Below, one piece after another: positions 41,204 through 53,125 of a stretch of DNA of 64,000 nt (its first letter is position 1; the number at the start of each line of letters is the position of its first letter). The DNA comes from Eledone cirrhosa (Eukaryota), in assembly GCA_964016885.1 (NCBI GenBank), contig OZ024754.1, positions 14,880,001 to 14,944,000 on the forward strand, given 5' to 3'. The translations under genes were made by a program, and so were the position numbers. Below the pieces are notes generated by a model that was not told the DNA's origin, did no database searches, and saw only the letters and a list, made by a program, of their open reading frames with translations.

Positions 41204-41667
41204 CCATATACACACACATACACACTCACACACATACACACACATACACACACATACACACTCACACACACACACATACCCACTCACTCACATACACACT
41301 CACCCACATACACACTCACACACTCACACACACACACACTCACACATACACATATACACACATACACACTCACACACATACACACTCACACACACACTCA
41401 TACACATACACACATATATACACACGCAGCAAACAACAGCAACAACATCTGTAGTTAAGGAACAGATGAGCAGATATGAGCATCAAGATCAGCAGTGACC
41501 TTGCCCTAACATAGCAATAGCACTTCAGATAAATAGACCCTCGGGTGAATGACGGGTAAGTATGTTGGGGGGGATAGTGACATCATAGAGGACGGGAGCA
41601 CTGAGTAACTTATATAGGGAGTTGTTGCTTCCTTTCTCTCGGAGGGGAGAGGAGCTAAGATTGTGGA

Positions 41668-42555
41668 AGTGGTGGTGGTGGTGGTTGTAGTGGTAGGGTT
41701 GGTGGCTGGTGGTGGTGGCAGGGTTAGTGGCTGGTGGTGGTGGTGGTGGTGGTAGTGGTAGGGTTGGTGGCTGGTGGTAGTGGTAGGGTTAGTGGCTGGT
41801 GGTGGTGGTAGTGGTAGGGTTGGTGGCTGGTGGTGGTGGTGGTGGTGGTGATTGTGGTGGTGGTGGTGGTGGTGGTAGTAGTAGTTGTGATTGTGGTAGT
41901 GGTGATTGTGGTGGTAGTGGTGGTGGTGGTGGTAGTAGTGGTGATTGTGGTGGTAGTAGTAGTTGTGATTGTGGTAGTGGTGATTGTGGTGGTAGTGGTG
42001 GTGGTGGTGGTAGTAGTGGTGATTGTGGTGGTGGTAGTAGTTGTGATTGTGGTATCGGTGGTAGTGGTGGTGGTGATTGTGGAAGTGGTGGTGGTGGTGG
42101 TGGTAGTAGTAGGGTTGGTGGCTGGTGGTGGTGGTGGTGGTGGTGGTGGTGATTGTGGTGGTGGTGGTGGTAGTAGTAGTTGTGATGATTGTGGTAGTGG
42201 TGATTGTGGTGGTAGTGGTGGTGGTGGTGGTGGTAGTAGTGGTGATTGTGGTGGTGGTAGTAGTTGTGATTGTGGTATCGGTGGTAGTGGTGGTGGTAGT
42301 AGTTGTGATTGTGGTAGTGGTGGTGGTGGTGGTGGTGCTGGTAGTGGTAGTAGTGGTGGTGGTGGTGGTAGTAGTGGTGATTTTGGTAGCGGTGGTGGTG
42401 GTAGTAGTGGTGGCTGGTGGTGGTGGTAGTAGTGGTAGTGGTAGCGGTGGTAGTGGTGGTGGTGGTGGTAGTGGTGGTGGTGGTGGTGGTAGTGGTGGTG
42501 GTTGCAGTGGTGATAGTGGTGGTGGTGGTTTTAGTAGTGGTGATAGTGGTGGTGT
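41668..42555. repeat. (GGT/AGT)n compound microsatellite
   Basis: Direct inspection. Confidence 0.9.
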
Positions 42556-43604
42556 CAGAGGTGAGAGTTGCAGAGAAAGAGTTTTATTTTTGTTGTTATT
42601 GGTGGCGGGGAGGTGATGATGATGATGATGATGATCATTGGAAAGGAGGAGGAGGAGGAAGTTGAGGCTGATGAGGAGGAGGAGGAGGAGATAGAGAATG
42701 AAAAGAAATTATTATTATGATGAAAATACTTTTATTGATCCTTCTGTAATTAAGACAAATAAAACTAGTGTAGACATTAATTATTCCACTTGGTGTGTGT
42801 GTGTGTGGCTGTGTGTGTGTGTGTGGCTGTGTGTGTGTGTGTGTGTGAGTGAATGTGTGTGTGTGGCAGTGTGTCTCTGTGTGTGTGTGCATGTTTGTGT
42901 GTGTGTGTGTGGCAGTGTGTCTCTGTGTGTGTGACTGTGTGTGTGTGCATGTTTGTGTGTGTGTGTGGCTGTGTGACTGTATGTGAGTGTGTGGATGTGT
43001 GTGTGCATGTTTGTGTGTGTGTATGTGTGTGTATATATGCACGTGTGTGTGTGTGCGTGTGCGTTTTATCCTCCATTTGTTTATTTATTTAAGTGTGTGT
43101 ATGTGTGTGCGTGTGTGCGTGTTTTATCCTCACTTTGTCTATTCATGTGTGTGTGTGTGTGTGTGTGCGCGCGCACAAGTATGTGTGTGTGTGTGCATGA
43201 GTATGTGCGTGTGTGTGTCAGTGTGTACGTGTGTGTCAGTGTGTGTGTGTCAGTGTGTCAGTGTATATCAGTGTCAGTGTGTGTGTGTGTGTGTGTGTGT
43301 GTGTCAGTGTATATCAGTGTCAGTATGTGTGTGAGTGTGTGTCAGTGTGTGTGTGTGTATCAGTGTCAGTATGTGTGTGAGTGTGTGTCAGTGTATGTGT
43401 CAGTATGTGTGTGAGTGTGTGTCAGTGTGTGTGTGTGAGTGTGTGAGTGTGTGTCAGTGTCAGTGTGAGTGTCAGTGTGTGTGTGAATGTGTGTCAGTGG
43501 TAACTAGGGTTACAAACCTGTTTCTAAATAATATCTCCATCATACTCAATACAATTGTATGAAAAACGTATATCGAATAATCTCAAAATTTCCTTCCACA
43601 AAAG

Positions 43605-43648
<44 letters not shown>

Positions 43649-43688
43649 GTATATATCTGTCTATCGATCCATCGATCTGTTATGTATA

Positions 43689-43743
<55 letters not shown>

Positions 43744-43782
43744 ATATATGTATATATATATATGTATATATTTATATTTATG

Positions 43783-43820
<38 letters not shown>

Positions 43821-44063
43821 TTTGGATATATATATATATATATATATATTGTTATACTTGGGGAGGGTCATATTTGCGTAATATTGCCAGAATTAATAAC
43901 AGAACACACTCACTGTTTGGTTGGTTTTCGCTTCTCGCTGTCTTTTATATCTGCGATCTAACTTACTCGGTCCTCAATGTTGCCATTGACTGACCGGCGG
44001 TCAAAAATAATACAGATACAATATAGACACAAACACATATATATATATATAGTTTACATAATT

Positions 44064-44105
44064 TACATAAATCTTTCGTTGCACATCTGCAACATCGTCA
44101 GTGGT
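44064..44105 (-). ncRNA. hammerhead ribozyme in the pLTR of the GIY-YIG element
   Basis: CA-CTGACGA-T-GTTGCA(GATG)TGCAAC-GAAAG-ATTTA-TG; weak stem I. Confidence 0.65.
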
Positions 44106-44383
44106 GTTATATTCATTGTTCCTCCTGTTGTGTTGTATGTCTACGCCATTTTTTATTCTTTATTCAGTCTGTCTATATATTTATTTATTTATTTGCTTGT
44201 TTGTTTATCTTATTTTATTTTGTCTTCTTTGCGCATGCGTTTGCGTGTGTGTATAGTGTTATGTGTGATGTGTGACTAGTGTGTATAGTGGTGTGTCTGC
44301 TGGGTGACTAGTGTGTGTTTATGTGCTTGTTGTTATTGTGCTTGTATTTATTTATCTTATTTTATTTTATTTTATTTACTTAT

Positions 44384-45014
44384 TTATACTTCTCTTAGGT
44401 CAGTGTTGTTTGTTTGGGTGTTGTTGTTGTTCCACTCATTCTTTCTGTTTAGCTTTGGTTTTCTAATTTCTATTTCACTGGCCTCTCTGATTTGCCTATC
44501 TGCTGGGTCATTCCTATGTTTAGATATTATTCTAATTTCTATGTTGTCTATGTTACCGTCATGTTGTTGTCTAGCATGTTCGTATAGTACTGACCCGTTT
44601 TTTCGTCCTTTTAGTTCCCCCCAGTGTTGGTCTATCCTTTCACCTATGCTACGAGCTGTCTCACCTATGTATGTTGTTGTCATGTTTCTGCAAGTACCCT
44701 CTGTACATCTTATGCTATAGACTACGTTTCTAGTTTTACAGTTTATCCGGGGGTTCACCTTACATATGATACACTTCCTATTAGTACAGTGGGTTTTCTT
44801 AAAAGGGTAGGTTTTGCTGATCAGGGATTTTATGGTGGTTCCTGGCTTTTCTACCACCTTTATTTTTAAGTGGGTCTTTCTCAGGGCCTTTCTACACTGG
44901 TTAGCTAATTTCCCTCCAGGGGTGGCGTCCACAAACATGACACTCTGATATCTCTGGTTGTCGTACCATGATGTGGCCTTCCCTATCTTACGTCTAGCCC
45001 TATCTAAGCTATTC
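44384..45014 (-). pseudogene. PLE polyprotein C-terminus: Cys-rich linker plus GIY-YIG endonuclease
   Basis: HCTNRKCIIC..NC..NVVYSIRC..C..YIGETARSIGERIDQH..EH..H..REASEI..PKLN; the first ~30 aa of the tracked ORF come from the inverted LTR. Confidence 0.9.
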
Positions 45015-45139
45015 CAGTGAGTGTGTTCTGTTATTAATTCTGGCAATATTACGCAAATATGACCCTCCCCAAGTATAACAATATCTGTTTCGACACACGA
45101 TTTCATATAAAAAACCTCGCAAAACTAATTCATCGCCGC

Positions 45140-45170
<31 letters not shown>

Positions 45171-45297
45171 AAAGTTATATTTAAATTGTTGTGTTACAAC
45201 TAGTAAATATTTATAACTGATATAAAAGCACTCGACAAATATTTGGAGTATATTTACAATATTAAATAAATGGAAACTATATTTATAAAACCATATT

Positions 45298-45363
45298 TAT
45301 TTCATTATATATATTTCAGGGATAACATATTAACAATATGCTATGCCTTCCTCAGACAAAATA
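45298..45363 (-). ncRNA. hammerhead ribozyme with long stem II (family C)
   Basis: TATTTTGT-CTGAGGA-AGGCATAGCATATT(GTT)AATATGTTATCCCT-GAAA-TATATATA-ATGAAATA. Confidence 0.75.
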
Positions 45364-45784
45364 CAATATAAACAGTTTTATAGATAAATAGATTCGACAT
45401 ACCGTAACAACATCTACTTGCATTTGAGAAGGTTGATTTGGTTGTATATATATATATATATATACATATATACATACACACACACATAAGAAATCGATGG
45501 ATCGATAAACAGATAGATCCATCCATCCTCCAATCCACCCTTCTATCATATATTTGTGACTATATCTTTAGGTATATCTACCCATATCCAATTGTTACTT
45601 TTCCATTTGGCTTTTGTCGCTAATACTAATTATACCAACTAGCTGACACACAATATAAGCGTTCCGGATTTCTTTTTAAATTCACTTTACACTCTTACTA
45701 TCCCTTTTCCATAAATACTTATCTCCCTTTCTCCCCACCCCACCCCCACATCTCTCTCTTAATGTCTATCTATCTTTGTCTATC

Positions 45785-46176
<392 letters not shown>

Positions 46177-46343
46177 TATATATATATGTATATATATATA
46201 TATATATATAAGTATGTATACGTACATACATATATGTATACAGACGTACAGTAGTATGTATATATGTACATACATGCACGCATATATGTATGTACGTATG
46301 GGTTTACCGAACATTTATTAAAATGCTCGGGTTGTTTGTAAAC

Positions 46344-46469
<126 letters not shown>

Positions 46470-46540
46470 TATATATATACATATATATATAGTAATAATA
46501 ATAAATTTGAAGACTAAAATCCAAATTTATTTTAATAAAT

Positions 46541-46594
<54 letters not shown>

Positions 46595-46684
46595 TGTATA
46601 TACACACACACACATACACACACACATATATATATATATCCCGGGTTCAAATATATATATATATATATATATATATTTATTTAT

Positions 46685-46720
<36 letters not shown>

Positions 46721-46740
46721 TAGATAGATAGATATCTGTA

Positions 46741-46772
<32 letters not shown>

Positions 46773-47145
46773 ACTCTCTCTCTCTCTCCTTCTCTCTCTC
46801 TCTTTCTCTCTCATATCCACTCTGTCTTGTAAATACACTCTTAGAACCCCCTTTCCTACGTAACAGACGTGGCACACTACATATACACCTTAATATAACA
46901 GAAGCTATAGATTGTTTTCGTGTGGAATAAGGAAGTGAATGAAGAAGCTGTGAGTTTAACATAACAGTTAAACTCACAGCTAAAAGATTTAGGAAGAAGC
47001 GCTGGAAGTAAGGAAAAATTGCAACTAAAACGAAATAACTTTCATTCATTCCGTTTTACTAAATATGTCTGATTAATTCACAGCTTATCATACCTGTTCC
47101 ATATATTTTGAACTTGGTTCAATAGTTTAGGAACATTGGGCTGTT

Positions 47146-48519
47146 GACAGTGATGTCAAATAGACAATGATGTTAAATAGACAATAATGTCAAATAGACA
47201 ATGATGTCAAATAGGCAATGATGTTAAATAGACAATGATGTTAAATAGGCAATGATGTCAAATAGACAATGATGTTAAATAGACAATTATGTCAAATAGA
47301 CAATGATGTTAAATAGACAATGATGTTAAATAGGCAATGATGTTAAATAGACAATGATGTTAAATAGACAATGATGTCAAATAGACAATGATGTTAAATA
47401 GGCAATGATGTTAAATAGACAATGATGTCAAATAGGCAATGATGTTAAATAGACAATGATGTCAAATAGGCAATGATGTCAAATAGGCAATGATGTCAAA
47501 TAGGCAATGATGTCAAATAGGCAATGATGTTAAATAGACAATGATGTCAAATAGGCAATGATGTCAAATAGGCAATGATGTTAAATAGACAATGATGTCA
47601 AATAGGCAATGATGTCAAATAGGCAATGATGTTAAATAGACAATGATGTCAAATAGGCAATGATGTCAAATAGGCAATGATGTTAAATAGACAATGATGT
47701 CAAATAGGCAATGATGTCAAATAGGCAATGATGTTAAATAGACAATGAGGTCAAATAGACAATGATGTCAAATAGACAATGATGTCAAATAGGCAATGAT
47801 GTTAAACAGACAATGACGTTAAATAGGCAATGATGTCAAATAGACAATGATGTTAAATAGACAATGATGTCAAATAGACAATGATGTCAAATAGGCAATG
47901 ATGTTAAATAGACAATGATGTCAAATAGGCAATGATGTCAAATAGGCAATGATGTTAAATAGACAATGAGGTCAAATAGACAATGATGTCAAATAGACAA
48001 TGATGTCAAATAGGCAATGATGTTAAACAGACAATGACGTTAAATAGGCAATGATGTCAAATAGGCAATGATGTTAAACAGACAATGATGTTAAATAGGC
48101 AATGATGTCAAATAGGCAATGATGTTAAATAGACAATGATGTTAAATAGACAATGATGTTAAATAGACAATTATGTCAAATAGACAATGATGTTAAATAG
48201 ACAATTATGTCAAATAGGCAATGATGTTAAATAGACAATGATGTCAAATAGACAATGATGTCAAATAGGCAATGATGTTAAATAGGCAATGATGTTAAAT
48301 AGACAATTATGTCAAATAGGCAATGATGTTAAATAGACAATGATGTCAAATAGACAATGATGTCAAATAGACAATGATGTCAAATAGGCAATGACGTTAA
48401 ATAGACAATGATGTCAAATAGACAATGATGTCAAATAGGCAATGATGTTAAATAGGCAATGATGTCAAATAGGCAATGATGTCAAATAGGCAATGATGTT
48501 AAATAGACAATGATGTTAA
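47146..48519. repeat. 17-bp minisatellite (~80 copies)
   Basis: Unit GrCAATGATGTyAAATA. Confidence 0.95.
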
Positions 48520-48599
48520 AAGTTGGTCGAGCTTGCTGGTTATATATGGTCAAGCTTGTTCGGACATTCATGAGCCTAGTACGTCATCCATCACGATCA

Positions 48600-48800
48600 A
48601 GCATAAGTGTTGGGAGGTTATTAGGGGAACATCCTGTGTTTCTATATAGTTAACCGATGTAAGTTAAAGCCGGTCAGCCAACCTTCCTCTGACCGCGGCT
48701 AAGTGCCCAAAGTTCTTGCTTTGCTCGCCAGCAGTGTCCTACAATTCGCATTCTTCGTGCCTGCAATATTGCAGATATATCAGAGATGGGGCCATAGAGC
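48600..48800 (-). mobile_element. degenerate RTE 3' fragment
   Basis: LYGPISDISAILQARRMRIVGHCWRAKQEL. Confidence 0.65.
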
Positions 48801-49369
48801 AGGATGGTAAAGGCAATGTCGCGGAAGACGGCAAGGAGACACACTGGTAAAGTCACATCACTGTTTGGGACTCACACTTGCGGCTAGCCAACTCCGCTCA
48901 ATGTAACCTTGACCAGAAGCTGCTGAGGTCTTCAGATGGTGTCTAACGTTCATTGGATTTTTTCGACTCCGAACTGTAACACCTCCTCCTGGAGGCTATA
49001 GTATTGCCATGTTAAGAGGCCGTTAATATAAGTAACGAAGAGCTTAAGAATGTATTAGTAACCCGGACCACCACCCTACAACTATCGGAGTGGAGTTTGC
49101 CACACATAGGAGCAAGCCTTGCGAGTTGGAATGGCTATTCCAATGTCTTTCCCTCGGTCTCCTCCAGGGCAACATTTTCTCCATTTTGTCTGTTGGAACC
49201 ACGAAGCAGCCTGCCCATCAGGGCTCCCACACGCTAGAGATCCCACCCCACTCCATACATTAGTGTAGTAATGTTACGACAGTACTAACTATTTTATATT
49301 TTCTCTCTTCAAACATTTCTTTTATTTTTATATTAACATGTTTCTGTCTGTTTTCTTATTTCTTTATAG

Positions 49370-49432
49370 TTTGTACAGTTGAACAATACAAAAACAGAAG
49401 CCAAGTGTCATTCTTCTATAAAATGCAGGGAG
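49370..49432 (+). CDS. exon A of a Cys-rich/FN3-like protein gene
   Basis: Polypyrimidine tract and TAG acceptor; GAG|GTAAGT donor; FVQLNNTKTEAKCHSSIKCRE; phase 0/0. Confidence 0.7.
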
Positions 49433-49615
49433 GTAAGTTTTAGACACTTATGTATATGTGTGAGTGTATATTTGTATGTATGTATGTATGTATGTATGTA
49501 TGTATGTATGTATGTATGTATGTATGTATGTATGTATGTATGTATGTGTGTGCATATATATGTATATTATTATTGTTGTTGTTGTCGTTATTATTATTGT
49601 TGTTATTATCATTAG

Positions 49616-49806
49616 AGCGGTGGTTTGGCAGTATCGGTAGAGGGTCGGACGCCATGCTTTCCTGCATAGTTACGTCCCTTTACGGTCTGAGTTCAAATCC
49701 CGTCGAGGTTAACTTTGCCTTTCATCCTTACGGGGTCGATAAAATAAAGTACCAGTAATGTACTGAGTAATTGCTGGCCTTGTGCCTAAAGTAGAAACAA
49801 TTATTA
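49616..49806 (+). mobile_element. SINE family 1
   Basis: Full length. Confidence 0.9.
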
Positions 49807-50086
49807 TTGTTATTAATATTTTTTTTTTCTCGTGCAATGACCATACTCGATAACGAGTTGGCAGCCACCATGTATGTATGTATGTATGCATGTATGTATG
49901 TATGTATGTATGTTTGTATGTATGTATGTATGCATGTATGTATGTATGAATGTATGTATGTATGTATGTATGTATGTATGCATGCATGTATGTATGCATG
50001 TATGTATGTATGTATGTATGTATGTATGCATGTATGTATGCATGTATGTATGTATGCATGCATGTATGTATGTATGTATGTATGTA

Positions 50087-50430
50087 TGCGCATCGCTTAG
50101 TGGTTAGAGCATCGGGCTTACAATCGTGAGGTTGGGAATTCGATTCTCGGACTGGGATTTGTGTTGTGTCCTTGAGCAAGACACTTTATTTCATGTTGCT
50201 CCAGTTCTCTCAGCTGCAGAAAGGAGTTGCCATGTCACTGGTGCCAAGCTGTATGGTCCTTTGTCTTAATGAACATCGGTGGTGTAGAGAGGGGAGGCTG
50301 GTATGCATGGGTGGCTACTGGTCTTCCACAAACAGCCTTGCCCGGACCTATGCCTCGGGGGGGGGGGGACTTTCTAAATTCAAATCTCATGGTCAGGCAT
50401 GACTGGAGGGGGAGGGGGTCATTACCCTTG
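50087..50430 (+). mobile_element. tRNA-derived SINE related to family 2, with a different tail
   Basis: GCTTAGTGGTTAGAGC..TTCGATTC head; GTGTCCTTGAGCAAGACACTT. Confidence 0.75.
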
Positions 50431-50434
50431 TATG

Positions 50435-50948
50435 CACGAGGGTCGGCTGAAAAGTTCATGGGCTGACCAAGATACTCATGGAATAATCAAATGAGCTTTA
50501 CGTCCTGGAAGGAAACAATGCAGTTATTAATTGTTTCTACTTTAGGCACAAGGCCAGCAATTACCCAGTGCATTACTGGTACTTTATTTTATCGACCCCG
50601 TAAGGATGAAAGGCAAAGTCAACCTCGGCGGGATTTGAATGCAGTTATTAATAAGAGTTAATATTAATGCATGCAATCGGTAGAGGGTCGGACGCCATGC
50701 TTTGCTGCATAGAATTGCGGCCCTTTATGATCTGAGTTCAAATCCCGCCGAGGTTAACTTTGCCTTTCATCTTTACGGGTTCGATAAAATTTAGTACCAG
50801 TCACGCACTGGGGTCGATTTAATCGACTTTCCCCTTCCACCAAAATTGCTGGCCTTGTGCCTATCTATATAAGAAACCAATATTAAGGCATGCAAGATTT
50901 CATATCAATCCTTCCTAGCCAGTCTATGAACTTTTCAGCCTACTGTCG
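50435..50948. mobile_element. mariner-like MITE interrupted by two SINE family 1 copies
   Basis: GGCTGAAAAGTTCAT ... ATGAACTTTTCAGCC; SINEs at 50530-50639 (-, 15-bp TSD AATGCAGTTATTAAT) and 50677-50885 (+). Confidence 0.55.
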
Positions 50949-51181
50949 AATGTCTGGTAGTGTCTGGGATATATGGTTCTATATTTACTAAATTATACCA
51001 TTAAATCCATCGGATTTCCATCTTCGATCTACAACTGTTGAGATATCTGCCTGAATGCTTGCATGAAACTATGATCTAGTTATTAAGCACATACACACAC
51101 ATACTTGCTATCACGTATACATACATTCACACATATGTATCATAGATAATACACATACACACACACACACACATATATATA

Positions 51182-51267
<86 letters not shown>

Positions 51268-51321
51268 TATAAGCGTGGAACACGGACGTTAAACGATGAT
51301 GATGATGATATATATATATAT

Positions 51322-51369
<48 letters not shown>

Positions 51370-51384
51370 GCATATATATATGCA

Positions 51385-51417
<33 letters not shown>

Positions 51418-51443
51418 GCATATATATATATATATGCATATAA

Positions 51444-51505
<62 letters not shown>

Positions 51506-52079
51506 GTATATATATATATGTATATATATTTATATATATATGTATGCATGCGTGTATGCATATGCAATGGTTATAGTTGGGGCTACCTGTTTGACAAGTC
51601 GTATTCCACATCACAGCAGAAATTACATAATACAAAGTAATACAACAACAAAACAAAACATTAGAAAAATAAAATCACTGAAGATAGAAAAGAAAGAAGA
51701 AAAAGAAAAACAAAGGCTAAAGAGACAAAGCAGATATACAAATACGCCTAGCTCTGTTTTCCCACCTGTATGATGATGACGTTTTAGCATCACGTGACAC
51801 TGACATCAGCTCATGTTGCCACGGTAACTTTGCGACCTGTTTCGCCGTACAAACGTAGTTTATAGGTTCAGGGTAGTTTTGTATGTAGATGTGTTCTTTT
51901 ATTCTTTTGTTTTGTTATTCTCTTATTATGTTATTCTGTTGTTCTTCGACTGGTTTCAGTCATTGAACTGTGGCTATGCTGTGGCAGCGCCTTTCAGAGT
52001 TTTAATCGATTGTATCGACCCCAGCCTTACTACTTGAATGATGCTAATTTTATCGAACTCAAAAATTGAAGGCCGTCGT

Positions 52080-52720
52080 TATGGATTTGCAGCGTCGGTA
52101 GAGTGTCGGACAACAGGCTTTGCAGCATGTATTTACCACCCTTTACGTAAGCTTTGCTTTCCCTCCTCACATGTTCAATAAAGTACCAGTAATGCACTGG
52201 GGTTGATTTAATCGACTTTCCCCTTCCGTTTAAATTGTTGGCCTTGTGCCAAAAGTAGAAACAGCTTTCTAGCATAGTTACGTCCCTTTACGGTCTGAGT
52301 TCAAATCCCGTCGAGGATAACTTTGCCTTTCATCCTTACGGGGTCGATAAAATAAAGTACCAGTGATTATACTGGGTAATTGCTGGCTTTGTGCCAAAAG
52401 TAGAAACAGCTTTCTAGCATAGTTACATCCCTTTACTGTCTGAGTTCAAATCCCGCCGAGGTTAACTTTGCCTTTCATCCTTACGGGGTCGATAAAATAA
52501 AGTACCAGTAATTATACTGGGTAATTGCTGGCATTGTGCCTAAAGTAGAAACAATTATTTCAAACGTATATGGTGGCTGGGTAATATCAGTCGAGCGTCC
52601 GACAAAATGTATGGCATCTAGTTACAGAGCTTTACCTACTGAGTTCAAATTAGGCTGAGGTTAGCTTTACCATTCCATCTTACGTGGTCGATAAAATCAA
52701 ATACCAGTAATACACTGAGA
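52080..52720 (+). mobile_element. cluster of tandem and partial SINE family 1 copies
   Basis: Core repeated 3-4 times. Confidence 0.85.
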
Positions 52721-52877
52721 AATTAAGTCCCTGTATAGAATATTTTAAGGAAGATTTAGACCGGCACAAATCTTTTGAGACAGGTGTCATGACCCACTGT
52801 ATGAGTTGTAATGACTGTATTTAACATTTTATCGGTGATTTAAGTCCTTTAATCGTTATTTACCACGTAGCCGCATC

Positions 52878-53040
52878 ATATTGTAAAACTTAACTGCACT
52901 AAATTAGATTTAGATCCATAAACAAGCGGAGGTCAACTGCGCCCGTCTCGGATCCTCGCTCATCATCCGAGACGGGCGCAGTTGACCTCCGCTTGTTTAA
53001 GGTTCTAAATCTAATTTAGTCCAGTTAAATTTTACAATAT
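52878..53040. repeat. nested fold-back with a perfect 35-bp GC-rich inner stem
   Basis: Inner arms at 52919-52953 and 52965-52999, plus outer AT-rich arms. Confidence 0.9.
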
Positions 53041-53125
53041 GTGGGGGAAAAATGGTGTTGTCATATTTTACTTTTCCATGTCGCATTTTACTTCTAATAT
53101 GTATGATAGACATGATAGTTACGTA

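Larger units (their letters stand above)
43848..45140 (-). mobile_element. 5'-truncated Penelope-like retrotransposon: EN domain, pLTR and inverted pLTR piece
   Basis: Inverted copies at 43848-43914 and 45015-45083; GIY-YIG ORF; HHR; (TA)n on both sides. Confidence 0.9.

Noticed and set aside
41450-41562. Strong donor CGG|GTAAGT as a coding exon
   Set aside because: Upstream ATG-initiated frames hit stop codons; at most an untranslated exon, and unsupported
46771-47049. Minus-strand ORF with a signal-peptide-like stretch as the first exon of the gene
   Set aside because: It is on the wrong strand for exons A-D, overlaps a small palindrome (46946-46981) and runs into (GA)n
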